Shown here: in pieces, positions 1 to 9,522 of the stretch
How the letters are laid out: every line of letters starts with the position of its first letter
Position numbering within the stretch: position 1 is the stretch's first letter
DNA from: Candidatus Omnitrophota bacterium
GTDB taxonomy: Bacteria; Omnitrophota; Gorgyraeia; Gygaellales; Profunditerraquicolaceae
DNA: 64,000 bases
NCBI GenBank assembly: GCA_041309005.1
Contig: JBFZAN010000053.1
Coordinates: forward strand, 34,252 to 98,251
Reading direction: 5' to 3'
Position numbers and translations under genes: made by a program
The notes under the pieces: model-generated
What the model saw: the letters and a program-made list of their open reading frames with translations, nothing else
What the model was told of the DNA's origin: nothing
Databases searched by the model: none

Positions 1-2
1 TT

Positions 3-179
3 ATCTGCAATACGGGCCTTGCGCCGGCAGCGAAGGAGCGTATTAAAGACAGGGTGCCCGAATACGTGTTCCAGACGCAGGAGGATTTTGTCACGTGCCC
101 GAAATGCCGGCGTGTATATTGGCAGGGCACGCACTGGGGAAACGTGCGCGATACGCTGAATGAAATAGATAAGAACTAA
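3..179 (+). CDS. Mut7-C RNAse domain protein, C-terminal fragment (gene starts upstream of window)
   Basis: Frame-3 translation ...CNTGLAPAAKERIKDRVPEYVFQTQEDFVTCPKCRRVYWQGTHWGNVRDTLNEIDKN* shows the CxxC...CPxCxRxYWxGxHW zinc-ribbon tail typical of Mut7-C/PIN-like RNAse domain proteins. Stop TAA at 177-179. Confidence 0.5.
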   Translation: MCNTGLAPAAKERIKDRVPEYVFQTQEDFVTCPKCRRVYWQGTHWGNVRDTLNEIDKN

Positions 180-183
180 CCAC

Positions 184-1422
184 ATGGAATTCATCGCAGA
201 CTTTCACCTCCACTCTAAATATTCCCGCGCGACCAGCCGCGATATGGATATCAAGCATATTGTCGAATGGGCGAAGTTAAAAGGCATTACCCTGATGGGC
301 ACGGGTGATTTTACCCACCATTTATGGCTGGAAGAGCTAAAAAACTCTTTAGAGGACCTGGGAAACGGGCTGTTTAAATACCAGGGGATATATTTTATCC
401 TTACTTCCGAAATAAGCAGCATCTATTCAAAGAGGGGAAGGACCTACCGCATTCACAACGTGGTCTTCAGTCCCTCCTTTAAGACCACGGATAAAATAAA
501 CGAAACGCTTTCGCGCTACGGCAACCTTGCAAGCGACGGCCGTCCTATCCTGGGCATGGATGCGGAAGTCCTGTCCCGCATTATTTTCGATATTGACGAA
601 AACTGCATCATTGTGCCTGGCCACATCTGGACGCCGTGGTTTTCCCTTTTCGGCTCGATGTCCGGCTTTGACAGGATCGAAGATTGTTTTGAAAAACAGG
701 CCTCAAAGATCTTTGCATTGGAAACCGGCTTATCGAGCGACCCCGCGATGAACTGGAGGCTTTCGGCGCTTGACCATTTCAGCCTGATCAGTAATTCCGA
801 CAGCCACAGTCCGGCAAAGATAGGCCGCGAAGCAAACGTCTTTAACTGCGAATTAAATTACCAGACCTTAAGAGAAGTACTCAAGACGAAAGACAAAACA
901 CGCTTTTTATACACCATAGAATTCTTTCCCGAAGAAGGAAAGTATCATTTTGACGGCCATCGAAACTGCGGGGTAAGGTTTTCCCCGCAGGAAACAAAAC
1001 AGCACGCAGGGAAGTGTCCTAAGTGCGCGAAGCGGGTGACCGTAGGTGTGATGAGCCGCGTAGAGCAACTTGCCGACCGGCCCGAAGGCTACGTGCCTGA
1101 AAACGCCATTCCTTTTAAAAACCTCGTTCCCCTTGATGAAATTATCGCAGGGGCAAAAGGAGTTTCGAAAACCTCTATTATGGTAGAGAAAGAATACCGC
1201 GGCGAAATCGCAAAATTCGGCACTGAATTCGAAATACTGCTTAAGGCCTCTAGAGAGGAGTTATTGAGCGGATTGCCGAAGCGGGTCGCGGAAGGCGTAT
1301 TAAGGGTGCGTGAAGGCAAGGTCGATATCAAGGCCGGGTTTGACGGGGAATACGGCCAGATTTCCATATTCGATGAGGCGGACGCAAAGCGGCAGGATGA
1401 GCAGCAATTAAAACTCTTCTAA
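184..1422 (+). CDS. PHP-domain endonuclease Q-like protein (PHP phosphoesterase domain + C-terminal zinc ribbon)
   Basis: N-terminal DFHLHSKYSRATS motif (PHP-domain His cluster) and HIWTPWFS; C-terminal CPKCAKRVTVGVMSRVEQL zinc-ribbon. The overall architecture resembles archaeal/bacterial EndoQ. Confidence 0.55.
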   Translation: MEFIADFHLHSKYSRATSRDMDIKHIVEWAKLKGITLMGTGDFTHHLWLEELKNSLEDLGNGLFKYQGIYFILTSEISSIYSKRGRTYRIHNVVFSPSFKTTDKINETLSRYGNLASDGRPILGMDAEVLSRIIFDIDENCIIVPGHIWTPWFSLFGSMSGFDRIEDCFEKQASKIFALETGLSSDPAMNWRLSALDHFSLISNSDSHSPAKIGREANVFNCELNYQTLREVLKTKDKTRFLYTIEFFPEEGKYHFDGHRNCGVRFSPQETKQHAGKCPKCAKRVTVGVMSRVEQLADRPEGYVPENAIPFKNLVPLDEIIAGAKGVSKTSIMVEKEYRGEIAKFGTEFEILLKASREELLSGLPKRVAEGVLRVREGKVDIKAGFDGEYGQISIFDEADAKRQDEQQLKLF

Positions 1423-1435
1423 CCAGGAGGAGGAA

Positions 1436-1927
1436 ATGAAAAGTATAATCATATACTATTCCTATACCGGCAATACCAGGTGCGTGGCGCAGGCGCTCGC
1501 AAGTTATTTGAAGTCGAAAAATGAAGTTGAAGTCGTGGAGCTGAAAAGCCTGGATGAGAATTCGAATTTCTTCCGGCAGGCCAAAAGGGCATTTATCCGC
1601 GCAAAGGCAAAGCTGGACCTAACGCATACCGACCTGTCTTCTTATGAGATGGTCTGTCTTGGTACGCCTGTTTGGGCCTTCAGGCCTACGCCGGCAATGA
1701 ACGCGTATTTAAATGAATGTAAAGGGCTTGAAGGCAAGGCAGTGGCTCTTTTTACTACTTCAGGGGGCATGGGTGATGAAGGCTGCATAAATTATATGCA
1801 GGAAATGCTAATAAAAAAAGGAGCAAAAACTTTTCGGAAATTTTCTATCCCTCAGGGAAAAGTAAGAGATAGCGAGTTTATTCTTTCAAAGATAAAGGAT
1901 GCAATGCCCCTGTCGCCCAATGGATAG
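1436..1927 (+). CDS. flavodoxin-like protein
   Basis: MKSIIIYYSYTGNTR N-terminus (flavodoxin FMN-binding loop T/SxTGNT); 163 aa; RBS AGGAGGAGG upstream. The 3' end overlaps tRNA-Arg by ~22 nt. Confidence 0.55.
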   Translation: MKSIIIYYSYTGNTRCVAQALASYLKSKNEVEVVELKSLDENSNFFRQAKRAFIRAKAKLDLTHTDLSSYEMVCLGTPVWAFRPTPAMNAYLNECKGLEGKAVALFTTSGGMGDEGCINYMQEMLIKKGAKTFRKFSIPQGKVRDSEFILSKIKDAMPLSPNG

Positions 1928-1977
1928 GGCACTGGCCTCCGGAGCCAGTTGTACAGGTTCGACTCCTGTCAGGGGCA
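1906..1977 (+). tRNA. tRNA-Arg (anticodon CCG)
   Basis: Hand-folded cloverleaf: acceptor GCCCCTG/CAGGGGC + A73, D-stem GCCC/GGGC, anticodon stem CTGGC/GCCAG with loop CTCCGGA (anticodon CCG), T-arm ACAGG-TTCGACT-CCTGT. Confidence 0.8.
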
Positions 1978-2006
1978 TATTATAAATTTTTCAAAATTAA
2001 CAAGAT

Positions 2007-2462
2007 ATGAGTAATAAATCCGTAAGCGTTATAGGTGGGAGAGAATGTAATAAAGAAGTGGAGCAGTTATCCATAGAATTAGGCAAAAAACTAGCTAAAG
2101 TGGTAAATTTTTTATTTTCTGGCGGTTTAGGTGGTACAATGGAGGCTGTTTGTAAAGGATTTAAATCTGCAGGCGGGACTACCATCGGCATTTTGCCCGG
2201 TTATAACAAAAATGATTCTAACCAATTTATTGATATTGTTATCCCGACCGGCTTGGGGCTGGCAAGGAATGTATTAGTGGTCAAGGCCGGGGACGTGGTT
2301 GTGGCCTTGCCGGGTGGAGCGGGGACGCTTTCAGAGATAGCTTATTGCCTGCAATTTAAGGTTCCGGTCATAAGCTTAAACTCCTGGGACATAAAGGGAG
2401 TGACTAAGGTCAAGACAGTAGAAGAGGCAGTAAGGGCGGTAAAGAAGGTGCTGGAACAATGA
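2007..2462 (+). CDS. LOG/TIGR00725-family Rossmann-fold protein (lysine decarboxylase-like)
   Basis: [11 protein letters not shown] and [12 protein letters not shown] motifs characteristic of the LOG / TIGR00725 family; 151 aa. Confidence 0.6.
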   Translation: MSNKSVSVIGGRECNKEVEQLSIELGKKLAKVVNFLFSGGLGGTMEAVCKGFKSAGGTTIGILPGYNKNDSNQFIDIVIPTGLGLARNVLVVKAGDVVVALPGGAGTLSEIAYCLQFKVPVISLNSWDIKGVTKVKTVEEAVRAVKKVLEQ

Positions 2463-4063
2463 AGAGGACGGCGCGGACTATGAAGAAAAAAGTTATTATT
2501 TTAGGGGGCGGGCCAAATCGGATCGGGCAGGGGATCGAGTTTGATTATTGCTGCTGCCACGCCGCATACGCGTTACGGGAAGAGGGGGTTGACAGCATTA
2601 TGGTCAATTGCAACCCGGAAACCGTCTCTACTGATTACGACACCTCAGACAGGTTGTATTTTGAGCCCCTGACATTCGAAGACATAATGAATATCATTGG
2701 GCTGGAAAAACCCCTGGGGGTCATCGTGCAATTCGGTGGCCAGACTCCGCTTAATTTAGCAGTCCCGCTAAGAGAAGCTGGAGTGCCGATACTGGGGACA
2801 AGCGCGGACAATATCGATATCGCCGAAGACAGAAAACGCTTTAAGCTGATGCTGGATAAATTGAAACTTCTGCAGCCGAAAAACGGTACCGCTTTTACTT
2901 TTGAGGAAGCCAAGCGGGTCGCGGCAAAAATCGGCTATCCTGTGCTGGTGAGGCCTTCGTATGTCCTTGGGGGCAGGGCCATGGAGATCGTCTATGATGA
3001 GAGCACGCTGGAGAAATTCATTATCGAAGCGGCGAGCGTCTCCGGAGAGCACCCGATATTGATCGATAAATTCCTGGAAGACGCGATAGAAGCCGACGTG
3101 GACCTGATAGGTGACGGCCGGACTTTCGTGATCGGCGGCATCATGGAGCATATTGAGGAAGCCGGGATACATTCCGGAGATTCGGCCATGGCATTGCCTT
3201 CTTTTACCTTGTCCCCGGAAGTGCTCCATACGATCAGGGAGGCTACCTATAAAATGGCCCGCGAGTTGAATGTGGTGGGGCTTATGAACGTGCAGTATGC
3301 GGTGAAAGACAGCCTGGTGTATGTGCTGGAAGTCAACCCCCGCGCTTCGAGGACCGTGCCGTTTGTCTCAAAGGCGATCGGAGTGCCCCTGGCAAAATTA
3401 GCTACCAAAGTCATGCTGGGCGAGAAGCTGAAAGGCCTGGGGTTTACCAAGGAAATTATCCCTGTCCATATCTGCGTGAAGGAATCGGTATTCCCGTTCA
3501 ACCGTTTCCCGGGCGTGGATGTGATACTCGGTCCGGAGATGAGGTCTACCGGAGAAGTGATGGGAATTGACGCTGATTTTGGAAGGGCGTATATCAAAAG
3601 CCAGCTTGCGGCGGGGCAGCACTTGCCGGAAAAAGGCAATGTCTTTATCTCGGTAAGAGATAAAGACAAGCGCGCGGTGGTGTTTATTGCCAAGAAGCTG
3701 GCCGATCTGGGATTTCAGATCCATGCCACTGCCGGTACTGCTTTGGCGCTGAAAAAAAACGGCATTTCTGTCAAGGTGCTGCCTAAGATCGCCGAAGGCA
3801 GGCCCAATATCCTTGACCTGATGAAAGATGGAAAGATACAGTTAGTGATCAATACCCCCTCCGGCAGGATCCCCCGCCAGGATGAAGTCAAGATCCGCTC
3901 GCACGTCATCTTGTATAATATCGCTTATACGACTACCATTTCCGGGGCGCAGGCAACGGTAAACGGCATCGAGGCCAAGCTAAAGAAAGACCTGGAGGTA
4001 ACGCCCCTGCAGGAATACCATAACGCTATAAGGAAATCAAGGAACAAGCGATGGAAAAAATAA
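2459..4063 (+). CDS. carB: carbamoyl-phosphate synthase large subunit, C-terminal half only (second ATP-grasp + MGS-like domain)
   Basis: [30 protein letters not shown]... aligns to the second half of CarB (second carboxyphosphate ATP-grasp and allosteric domain). 534 aa, about half of a full CarB; no N-terminal half adjacent. Confidence 0.85.
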   Translation: MKRTARTMKKKVIILGGGPNRIGQGIEFDYCCCHAAYALREEGVDSIMVNCNPETVSTDYDTSDRLYFEPLTFEDIMNIIGLEKPLGVIVQFGGQTPLNLAVPLREAGVPILGTSADNIDIAEDRKRFKLMLDKLKLLQPKNGTAFTFEEAKRVAAKIGYPVLVRPSYVLGGRAMEIVYDESTLEKFIIEAASVSGEHPILIDKFLEDAIEADVDLIGDGRTFVIGGIMEHIEEAGIHSGDSAMALPSFTLSPEVLHTIREATYKMARELNVVGLMNVQYAVKDSLVYVLEVNPRASRTVPFVSKAIGVPLAKLATKVMLGEKLKGLGFTKEIIPVHICVKESVFPFNRFPGVDVILGPEMRSTGEVMGIDADFGRAYIKSQLAAGQHLPEKGNVFISVRDKDKRAVVFIAKKLADLGFQIHATAGTALALKKNGISVKVLPKIAEGRPNILDLMKDGKIQLVINTPSGRIPRQDEVKIRSHVILYNIAYTTTISGAQATVNGIEAKLKKDLEVTPLQEYHNAIRKSRNKRWKK

Positions 4064-4473
4064 ACCTCCATACTACAAAAAGGGCTGAGCTTATAGACAT
4101 CACGGGAAAAATCCAGGAAGCGGCCGGGAAAAACAAACTGGCGGAAGGTGTCTGCGTGGTATTCTGCCCCCACACGACCGCCGGGCTGACCGTCAATGAA
4201 AACGCGGATCCTTCCGTAAAAAAAGACATCATTGCCGCGTTAGGGCGCCTTGTTCCGGAAAATGCCGGCTACGCGCACGGCGAAGGTAACGCGGACAGCC
4301 ACGTTAAATCGTCGCTGTTCGGTTCGTCGGTCACGGTGTTTGTCGAAAAAGGGCAGCTGATGCTGGGTACCTGGCAGGCAATATATTTTTGCGAAAGCGA
4401 CGGCCCGCGCAGCCGGCAGGTGTGGGTTACGCTGTTGGCAAGCAGCCGGATTGAAGGAGAAGGCGATGCCTGA
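4051..4473 (+). CDS. yjbQ: YjbQ/UPF0047 family protein (secondary thiamine-phosphate synthase-like)
   Basis: [20 protein letters not shown]...[10 protein letters not shown] motif set typical of the YjbQ family; 140 aa. Confidence 0.75.
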   Translation: MEKINLHTTKRAELIDITGKIQEAAGKNKLAEGVCVVFCPHTTAGLTVNENADPSVKKDIIAALGRLVPENAGYAHGEGNADSHVKSSLFGSSVTVFVEKGQLMLGTWQAIYFCESDGPRSRQVWVTLLASSRIEGEGDA

Positions 4474-5266
4474 GCTGCCGGAAGTGGAAACATTGAGACG
4501 GGAATTAGCGCGCGCAGTGGCGGGCAAGAAAATCACGGGCGTGACCGTATATAATTCCAGGGTCATCAAGGAGCCGGCAAAAGAGGCTTTTGTAAACGGC
4601 CTTAAAAACACGATGATAAAGAACGTGTTGAGAAAAGGAAAGCTTTTAATCATTGAATTATCTTCGGGCAAATCATTGGCAGTGCATCTTAAAATGACCG
4701 GCCAGCTGATCTATCCGGGTGACGCAAGCCACAGCCGCGTGAGTTTTCGCCTTTCGGATGGGAAGAGCCTCGATTTTAATGACAGGCGCCTGTTCGGCGA
4801 ATTAAAGCTGGTCGATGACTGGAGATCGTTAAAATTCGTTAAAGGGCTGGGGCCTGAACCATTTGAATTGGACCTTGATACGTTCAAAGAGCTGCTTGGC
4901 CGCAGAAAAACAAAAATAAAGCCTTTGCTTATGGACCAGGCTTTTATTTCCGGCGTGGGGAATCTCTACGTAGCCGAGGCGCTTTTTAAAGCCGGGATAC
5001 ATCCCGCAAGGCCAGCCGCAAGCCTTAGCGCAAAGGAAAAAGAAACGCTCTTTAAGGCAATAAAGGAAACGCTGCGTGAAGCGATACGGTATAAGGGGTC
5101 TTCGGTTGACCAGTATGTGCAACTTTCGGGCGAAGAAGGCGGTTATGTTCGTTATCACAAAGTCTACGGCCGGCAAGGTGAACCCTGTCTTGTGTGTGGA
5201 AGGTTGATCAAGCGGGTCGCGCTGGGAGGCAGGGGAACGTATTTCTGTCCTTACTGCCAGAAATGA
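4466..5266 (+). CDS. mutM: formamidopyrimidine-DNA glycosylase (Fpg/MutM)
   Basis: [14 protein letters not shown] catalytic N-terminus (Pro2, Glu3), internal H2TH region, C-terminal zinc finger CxxC...CPYCQK. Start placed at ATG 4466 (after GAAGGAGAAGG RBS) rather than the upstream in-frame ATG 4451. Confidence 0.85.
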   Translation: MPELPEVETLRRELARAVAGKKITGVTVYNSRVIKEPAKEAFVNGLKNTMIKNVLRKGKLLIIELSSGKSLAVHLKMTGQLIYPGDASHSRVSFRLSDGKSLDFNDRRLFGELKLVDDWRSLKFVKGLGPEPFELDLDTFKELLGRRKTKIKPLLMDQAFISGVGNLYVAEALFKAGIHPARPAASLSAKEKETLFKAIKETLREAIRYKGSSVDQYVQLSGEEGGYVRYHKVYGRQGEPCLVCGRLIKRVALGGRGTYFCPYCQK

Positions 5267-5275
5267 GCGAAAAAC

Positions 5276-5992
5276 ATGAAACAAAGGCTTAAGATAAACG
5301 GCGTCATCATTTCACTTACGGTTTTGTTGCTGGTGATTTTTCCAAGGCTGTTTTTCCGTGATGCGATCTTAACCGCCGCCGATGAGTTTGCAAAAATACT
5401 CGGTTTTGCCTGCATCCTTTTGGGCCAGCTCTTCAGGGTGTCGGCGCGCGGGTTTAAGGCAGCGCATTCCCGGCAGGGAAATGCGCTCATCCAGGAAGGG
5501 CCTTACGGGCTGGTGAGAAACCCCATGTATTTAGGCATACTCCTGATCGGCCTGGGCGTAGTGATGATGTTCTTCAGATGGCAGGCGGCAGTGATTTTCG
5601 TATCGGTCTTTATCTGGCGCTACCTGCCCCTTACGATTACAGAAGAAAAAAAGCTTTCCAGCGTATTCGGCAATGCCTACGGGCAGTACTGCGCAAAAGT
5701 TCCTCGCCTGTTTCCGCACCCCGCCAGCTTGATAAAAAAAGATATGAAAGAATATTTGCCGCTTGAGCCCCGGTGGATACACAAAGAGATAGGGTCAATG
5801 AGCGCGGTAATTGCGAGCGTATTCCTGGCCGGATGCTGGCGGACTCTCGGCAATAAGGGGTTAAAAACATGCGCCGCGGAAGTCATAGGCCTGATAGTAG
5901 TAATTGCGCTCTACGCGTGCTTCGTGCTTCATTTAACGGGAAAGGCAGAAAATCTTAAAAATGATATTTCAAACAAAAGCAAAAGTATTTAA
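5276..5992 (+). CDS. membrane methyltransferase, isoprenylcysteine carboxyl methyltransferase (ICMT/PEMT) family
   Basis: Multi-TM protein with GPYGLVRNPMYLG motif diagnostic of ICMT-family methyltransferases. Confidence 0.55.
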   Translation: MKQRLKINGVIISLTVLLLVIFPRLFFRDAILTAADEFAKILGFACILLGQLFRVSARGFKAAHSRQGNALIQEGPYGLVRNPMYLGILLIGLGVVMMFFRWQAAVIFVSVFIWRYLPLTITEEKKLSSVFGNAYGQYCAKVPRLFPHPASLIKKDMKEYLPLEPRWIHKEIGSMSAVIASVFLAGCWRTLGNKGLKTCAAEVIGLIVVIALYACFVLHLTGKAENLKNDISNKSKSI

Positions 5993-6761
5993 AAATATTG
6001 AAGTTGCAAAAAATTATTATAAGATAGTACTAGACGCCGGCCGGGTTGCCGCAAGGGCAAAGCCGGGGCAATTTATTGAGGTGAAAGTTTCGGACGGCGA
6101 GCCTTTGTTAAGAAGGCCCTTCGGCATCCATCGGGCGCAGGAAGGCCGCGTAGAGATCCTTTTCGAGGTAGTCGGTAAGGGCTCAATGCTTTTATCCGGG
6201 ATGCGCCGCGGAGACTGGCTTGATATCATCGGGCCCCTGGGTAACGGATTCGATTATTCCCGGCTCGTTCGCGGAAAACCAGCGGTGTTGGTTGCAGGCG
6301 GCATGGGCGTTGCGCCGTTAGTATTCCTCGCGCAGCGATTAGCGAAGCGTACCTCTCAAAACGCGAAGAATAAAACACTAGTGCTCCTGGGGGCAAGAAC
6401 AAAGGACCACATTCTGTGCGAGCGGGAATTCAAAGATTTTGGCTGTAAGGTGCTGGTCTCAACAGACGACGGCAGCAGGGGCTTTAAAGGTTACGTTTCC
6501 GGTTTATTAGAGGGGCAGGTATCGAAAGAGGACTACGGGTTCTCGACACTGTTCGCCTGCGGGCCGAAGCCCATGCTTAAAGCGGTCAGCCGCATCTGTG
6601 AAACATTTTCGCTGGCCGCCCAGCTCTCTCTGGAAGCACATATGGCCTGCGGCATAGGCGCCTGCCTTGGCTGCGTGGTTGATACGAAAGACGGGTATAA
6701 ACGGGTGTGTAAAGAAGGGCCGGTATTCGAGGCAAACCAGATTCTCTGGGGAAAGGAGTGA
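5961..6761 (+). CDS. pyrK: dihydroorotate dehydrogenase electron-transfer subunit (PyrK)
   Basis: FAD/NAD-binding ferredoxin-reductase fold (RPFGI, GGMGVAP) with C-terminal [2Fe-2S] cysteines CGIGACLGC; precedes a class-1B pyrD. Confidence 0.75.
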   Translation: MIFQTKAKVFKNIEVAKNYYKIVLDAGRVAARAKPGQFIEVKVSDGEPLLRRPFGIHRAQEGRVEILFEVVGKGSMLLSGMRRGDWLDIIGPLGNGFDYSRLVRGKPAVLVAGGMGVAPLVFLAQRLAKRTSQNAKNKTLVLLGARTKDHILCEREFKDFGCKVLVSTDDGSRGFKGYVSGLLEGQVSKEDYGFSTLFACGPKPMLKAVSRICETFSLAAQLSLEAHMACGIGACLGCVVDTKDGYKRVCKEGPVFEANQILWGKE

Positions 6762-6763
6762 CC

Positions 6764-7912
6764 ATGGGCAAAAGCCCTTTTATCTCCATCATCATTCCGG
6801 TAAAGAATTTCGAACGTACCATTGAAAAGACATTTGAATTTCTTCTGAACGTGGAGTACCCGAGGGACGCCTGGGAGTGGGTCATCGTTGACGGCGGTTC
6901 GACCGACAAGACCATAGAGATCATCAGGAACTGGCAGAAAAAATACCCGTTCATCAAATTGGTGGAAGTCCCCAACTGCCCTTCTCCCGGCTACGCGCGC
7001 AACAAGGCGCTGGAGGCGGTCAGGGGCGACTTTCTTTTCTTTACCGATGGTGACTGCGCTCCGGATAAGGATTGGATCAATGAGATGCTCAAGCATTTTG
7101 AGCGCGACCCCAGGATCGCGGCGGTCGGCGGAGAGGTGTATACCTTAAAAGTAGACCCCGATAATTTAGTCGAAGCATGGTGCCAGCATTTCAGGTTTAA
7201 CATGGTCGCTCCCCGCTACGGCTTTATTAAAGAAGGGTACTACCCGGATTTTCCCAACGAGCCTGAGCCTGTCGATATCGGAGGGCACAAGGCCTATTTT
7301 TTCGGCACCTGCAACGTCGCCTACCGAAGGAGCGCGATGCGCGAGATCGGCGCAAAGTTCTGGGAGAGGCCTACGGGTGAAGATATGGACTTAAGTTACC
7401 AGCACCGCTCTAAGGGGTGGAAATTTTACTTCGCGCCCAAAGCAAAAGTCGACCATATGCACCGGGCCGATATAAAGGCACTGCGCAAGGTTTGGGTGAC
7501 CTATGGCCAGGCGCACCTGCCTTTGATCGATAAATATGTCAAAAAGAACGGCCTCGAGATCATTTTCCAGACTTTAAAAGGGGCGCCTTCCGTGACGCTG
7601 CCGCTTCCAATAAGAGGGTTCGTTTATTTGGGGAATTTCCACCTGATGCATTTGTTCGGCGCGCTGTTTGTCGCGGGGCTGATCCTGAGCCCTTTCATCG
7701 GGGGGGCAGGGTTTTCCCTCTTGTCCCTTCTGTGTTTTTTATTAACGCTTTATTACGGATACCAGTACGTAAAATGGAATTTTGCCATGGAGCCGAAAAA
7801 TAGATTCTGGTTCTGGTGCAAGATGAAATACCTTACTAACCTGAGCTTCATACAGGGAGGGCTAAAAGACTTCAAGAAATATAATGTCCTGTGCATTGAA
7901 CCCAGCTTCTGA
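6764..7912 (+). CDS. family 2 glycosyltransferase with C-terminal transmembrane segments
   Basis: FISIIIPVKN...VIVDGGSTDKT...FFTDGDCAPD (GT2 DxD region) followed by hydrophobic C-terminus. ATG 6764 preferred over GTG 6758. Confidence 0.7.
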   Translation: MGKSPFISIIIPVKNFERTIEKTFEFLLNVEYPRDAWEWVIVDGGSTDKTIEIIRNWQKKYPFIKLVEVPNCPSPGYARNKALEAVRGDFLFFTDGDCAPDKDWINEMLKHFERDPRIAAVGGEVYTLKVDPDNLVEAWCQHFRFNMVAPRYGFIKEGYYPDFPNEPEPVDIGGHKAYFFGTCNVAYRRSAMREIGAKFWERPTGEDMDLSYQHRSKGWKFYFAPKAKVDHMHRADIKALRKVWVTYGQAHLPLIDKYVKKNGLEIIFQTLKGAPSVTLPLPIRGFVYLGNFHLMHLFGALFVAGLILSPFIGGAGFSLLSLLCFLLTLYYGYQYVKWNFAMEPKNRFWFWCKMKYLTNLSFIQGGLKDFKKYNVLCIEPSF

Positions 7913-7918
7913 TAATCT

Positions 7919-8209
7919 ATGGCGTGCGGAAACTTTACCTACAGCCAGATTGTATTCAAGAAATACGCCTCTACCAGCCTGACCTACGCGCGGGGAGAGA
8001 TAACCAATAATTCCAGCAGGGATTATAATACCGCGGTGTTCAGGCTTAGCGTCTTTGACGATAAAACGCTTGTGTGGACCGGCATGGTGAAGATACGGGG
8101 GCTTAGAAGAAGGCAGTCAAAGACGTTCCAGATGACGCTCGACAAAGCCGATTTCAACACCGGTTCAAAGGTGATAAAATGCGAGATATGTTTTGAGACG
8201 GCATATTAA
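7919..8209 (+). CDS. hypothetical protein
   Basis: 96-aa ORF filling the gap between co-directional genes; no recognisable motif. Confidence 0.3.
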   Translation: MACGNFTYSQIVFKKYASTSLTYARGEITNNSSRDYNTAVFRLSVFDDKTLVWTGMVKIRGLRRRQSKTFQMTLDKADFNTGSKVIKCEICFETAY

Positions 8210-8238
8210 TTGACGCGGGCATAACAGGGAGGCTTTAG

Positions 8239-8598
8239 ATGATGCAGGTAGGGTATATCGTGTTGGGGCTGGGCGCGGGGATACTGGGAGGCATGTTCGG
8301 TATTGGCGGCGGTTCTATTTTGATCCCGGCCATGGTGTATCTGTTAGGCTTTACGCAACACCAGGCGCAGGGGACGACGTTGGCGATCATGGTGCCTCCC
8401 ATAGGCCTGCTGGCGGCGCTGCGTTACTATTACAGCGGTAACGTAAAGTTATCTATCGCGGCATTCGTCTGCGTAGGATTTTTCGTGGGAGGGTTTATCG
8501 GCGCGCAATTGGTCCAGGCAGTACCCGACCCTTTGCTTAAAAAATTTTTCGGGGTGTTCCTGCTCCTGATTTCCCTGCAAATGATTTTTGGAAAATAA
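8239..8598 (+). CDS. TSUP (TauE/SafE, DUF81) family half-size membrane transporter
   Basis: Gly-rich TM helices GLGAGILGGMFGIGGGSILIPAMVYLLG typical of the TSUP family; 119 aa (single 4-TM repeat). Confidence 0.55.
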   Translation: MMQVGYIVLGLGAGILGGMFGIGGGSILIPAMVYLLGFTQHQAQGTTLAIMVPPIGLLAALRYYYSGNVKLSIAAFVCVGFFVGGFIGAQLVQAVPDPLLKKFFGVFLLLISLQMIFGK

Positions 8599-8607
8599 AA
8601 GGGTACT

Positions 8608-9522
8608 ATGCGACCCAATCTTTCTGTCAGAATAGGCTCACTAAGACTCAAGAATGCCGTCATGGTCTCTTCCGGGACCTTTGGGTATGGAGAAGAGTTC
8701 GGCGATTTTCTAGACCTGAAGGAGCTGGGAGCGCTGGTCACCAAAACCATTACCTTAAAGCCGCGTAAGGGTAACCCCGCGCCCCGGACCTGCGAAACCC
8801 CTGCGGGGATGTTGAATTCGATCGGCCTTGAGAATCCGGGCTTGGAAATTTTTTTAAGCGACAAGTTGCCTTTGTTGAAGAAGGCAGGCGTCCCCCTCAT
8901 AATAAGCATTGCCTCTGAAGCTGGTCCGGAAGAATTCACGCTGCTGGCCAGGAGATTAGGGGGCATGCGGGAAGTGGCCGCCCTCGAGTTGAATATTTCA
9001 TGCCCCAATATTAAAAGCGCGAAACTGATATCGCAGGATGCGCAGGCGACCTACGACGTGGTTAAAAAAGTACGAAAAGTAACGGGCAAGCCTCTTATTA
9101 CGAAACTCTCGCCCAATGTCACTTCTGTCAGTGATATCGCGGCCGCCGCGGAGCGCGCGGGCAGCGACGCCGTTTCCCTGATCAACACGCTTACCGGTAT
9201 GAGCATTGACGCGAATACGAGAAAATCAAAGATCGCCACGGTTGCCGCGGGCTTAAGCGGTCCGGCGATCAGGCCGGTTGCCTTAAAAATGGTGTGGGAA
9301 ACCTACCAGAAAGTAAAAATCCCCATCGTCGGCATGGGGGGCATTATGGATACCGCGAGCGCTTTGGAATTTATTATTGCGGGCGCGACCGCGGTAAGCG
9401 TGGGAACCGCGAATTTTATTAATCCCAAGGCAAGTATGGAAATAAAATCGGGAATAGAGCGCTATCTGAACATGCACAGGATCAAAGATATTAAACGACT
9501 GACAGGGAGCCTGATCGTATGA
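8608..9522 (+). CDS. pyrD: dihydroorotate dehydrogenase catalytic subunit (class 1B PyrD)
   Basis: LKNAVMVSSGTFGYG, NSIGLENPG, SIDANT, GMGGI motifs of PyrD; adjacent pyrK/pyrF. Confidence 0.85.
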   Translation: MRPNLSVRIGSLRLKNAVMVSSGTFGYGEEFGDFLDLKELGALVTKTITLKPRKGNPAPRTCETPAGMLNSIGLENPGLEIFLSDKLPLLKKAGVPLIISIASEAGPEEFTLLARRLGGMREVAALELNISCPNIKSAKLISQDAQATYDVVKKVRKVTGKPLITKLSPNVTSVSDIAAAAERAGSDAVSLINTLTGMSIDANTRKSKIATVAAGLSGPAIRPVALKMVWETYQKVKIPIVGMGGIMDTASALEFIIAGATAVSVGTANFINPKASMEIKSGIERYLNMHRIKDIKRLTGSLIV

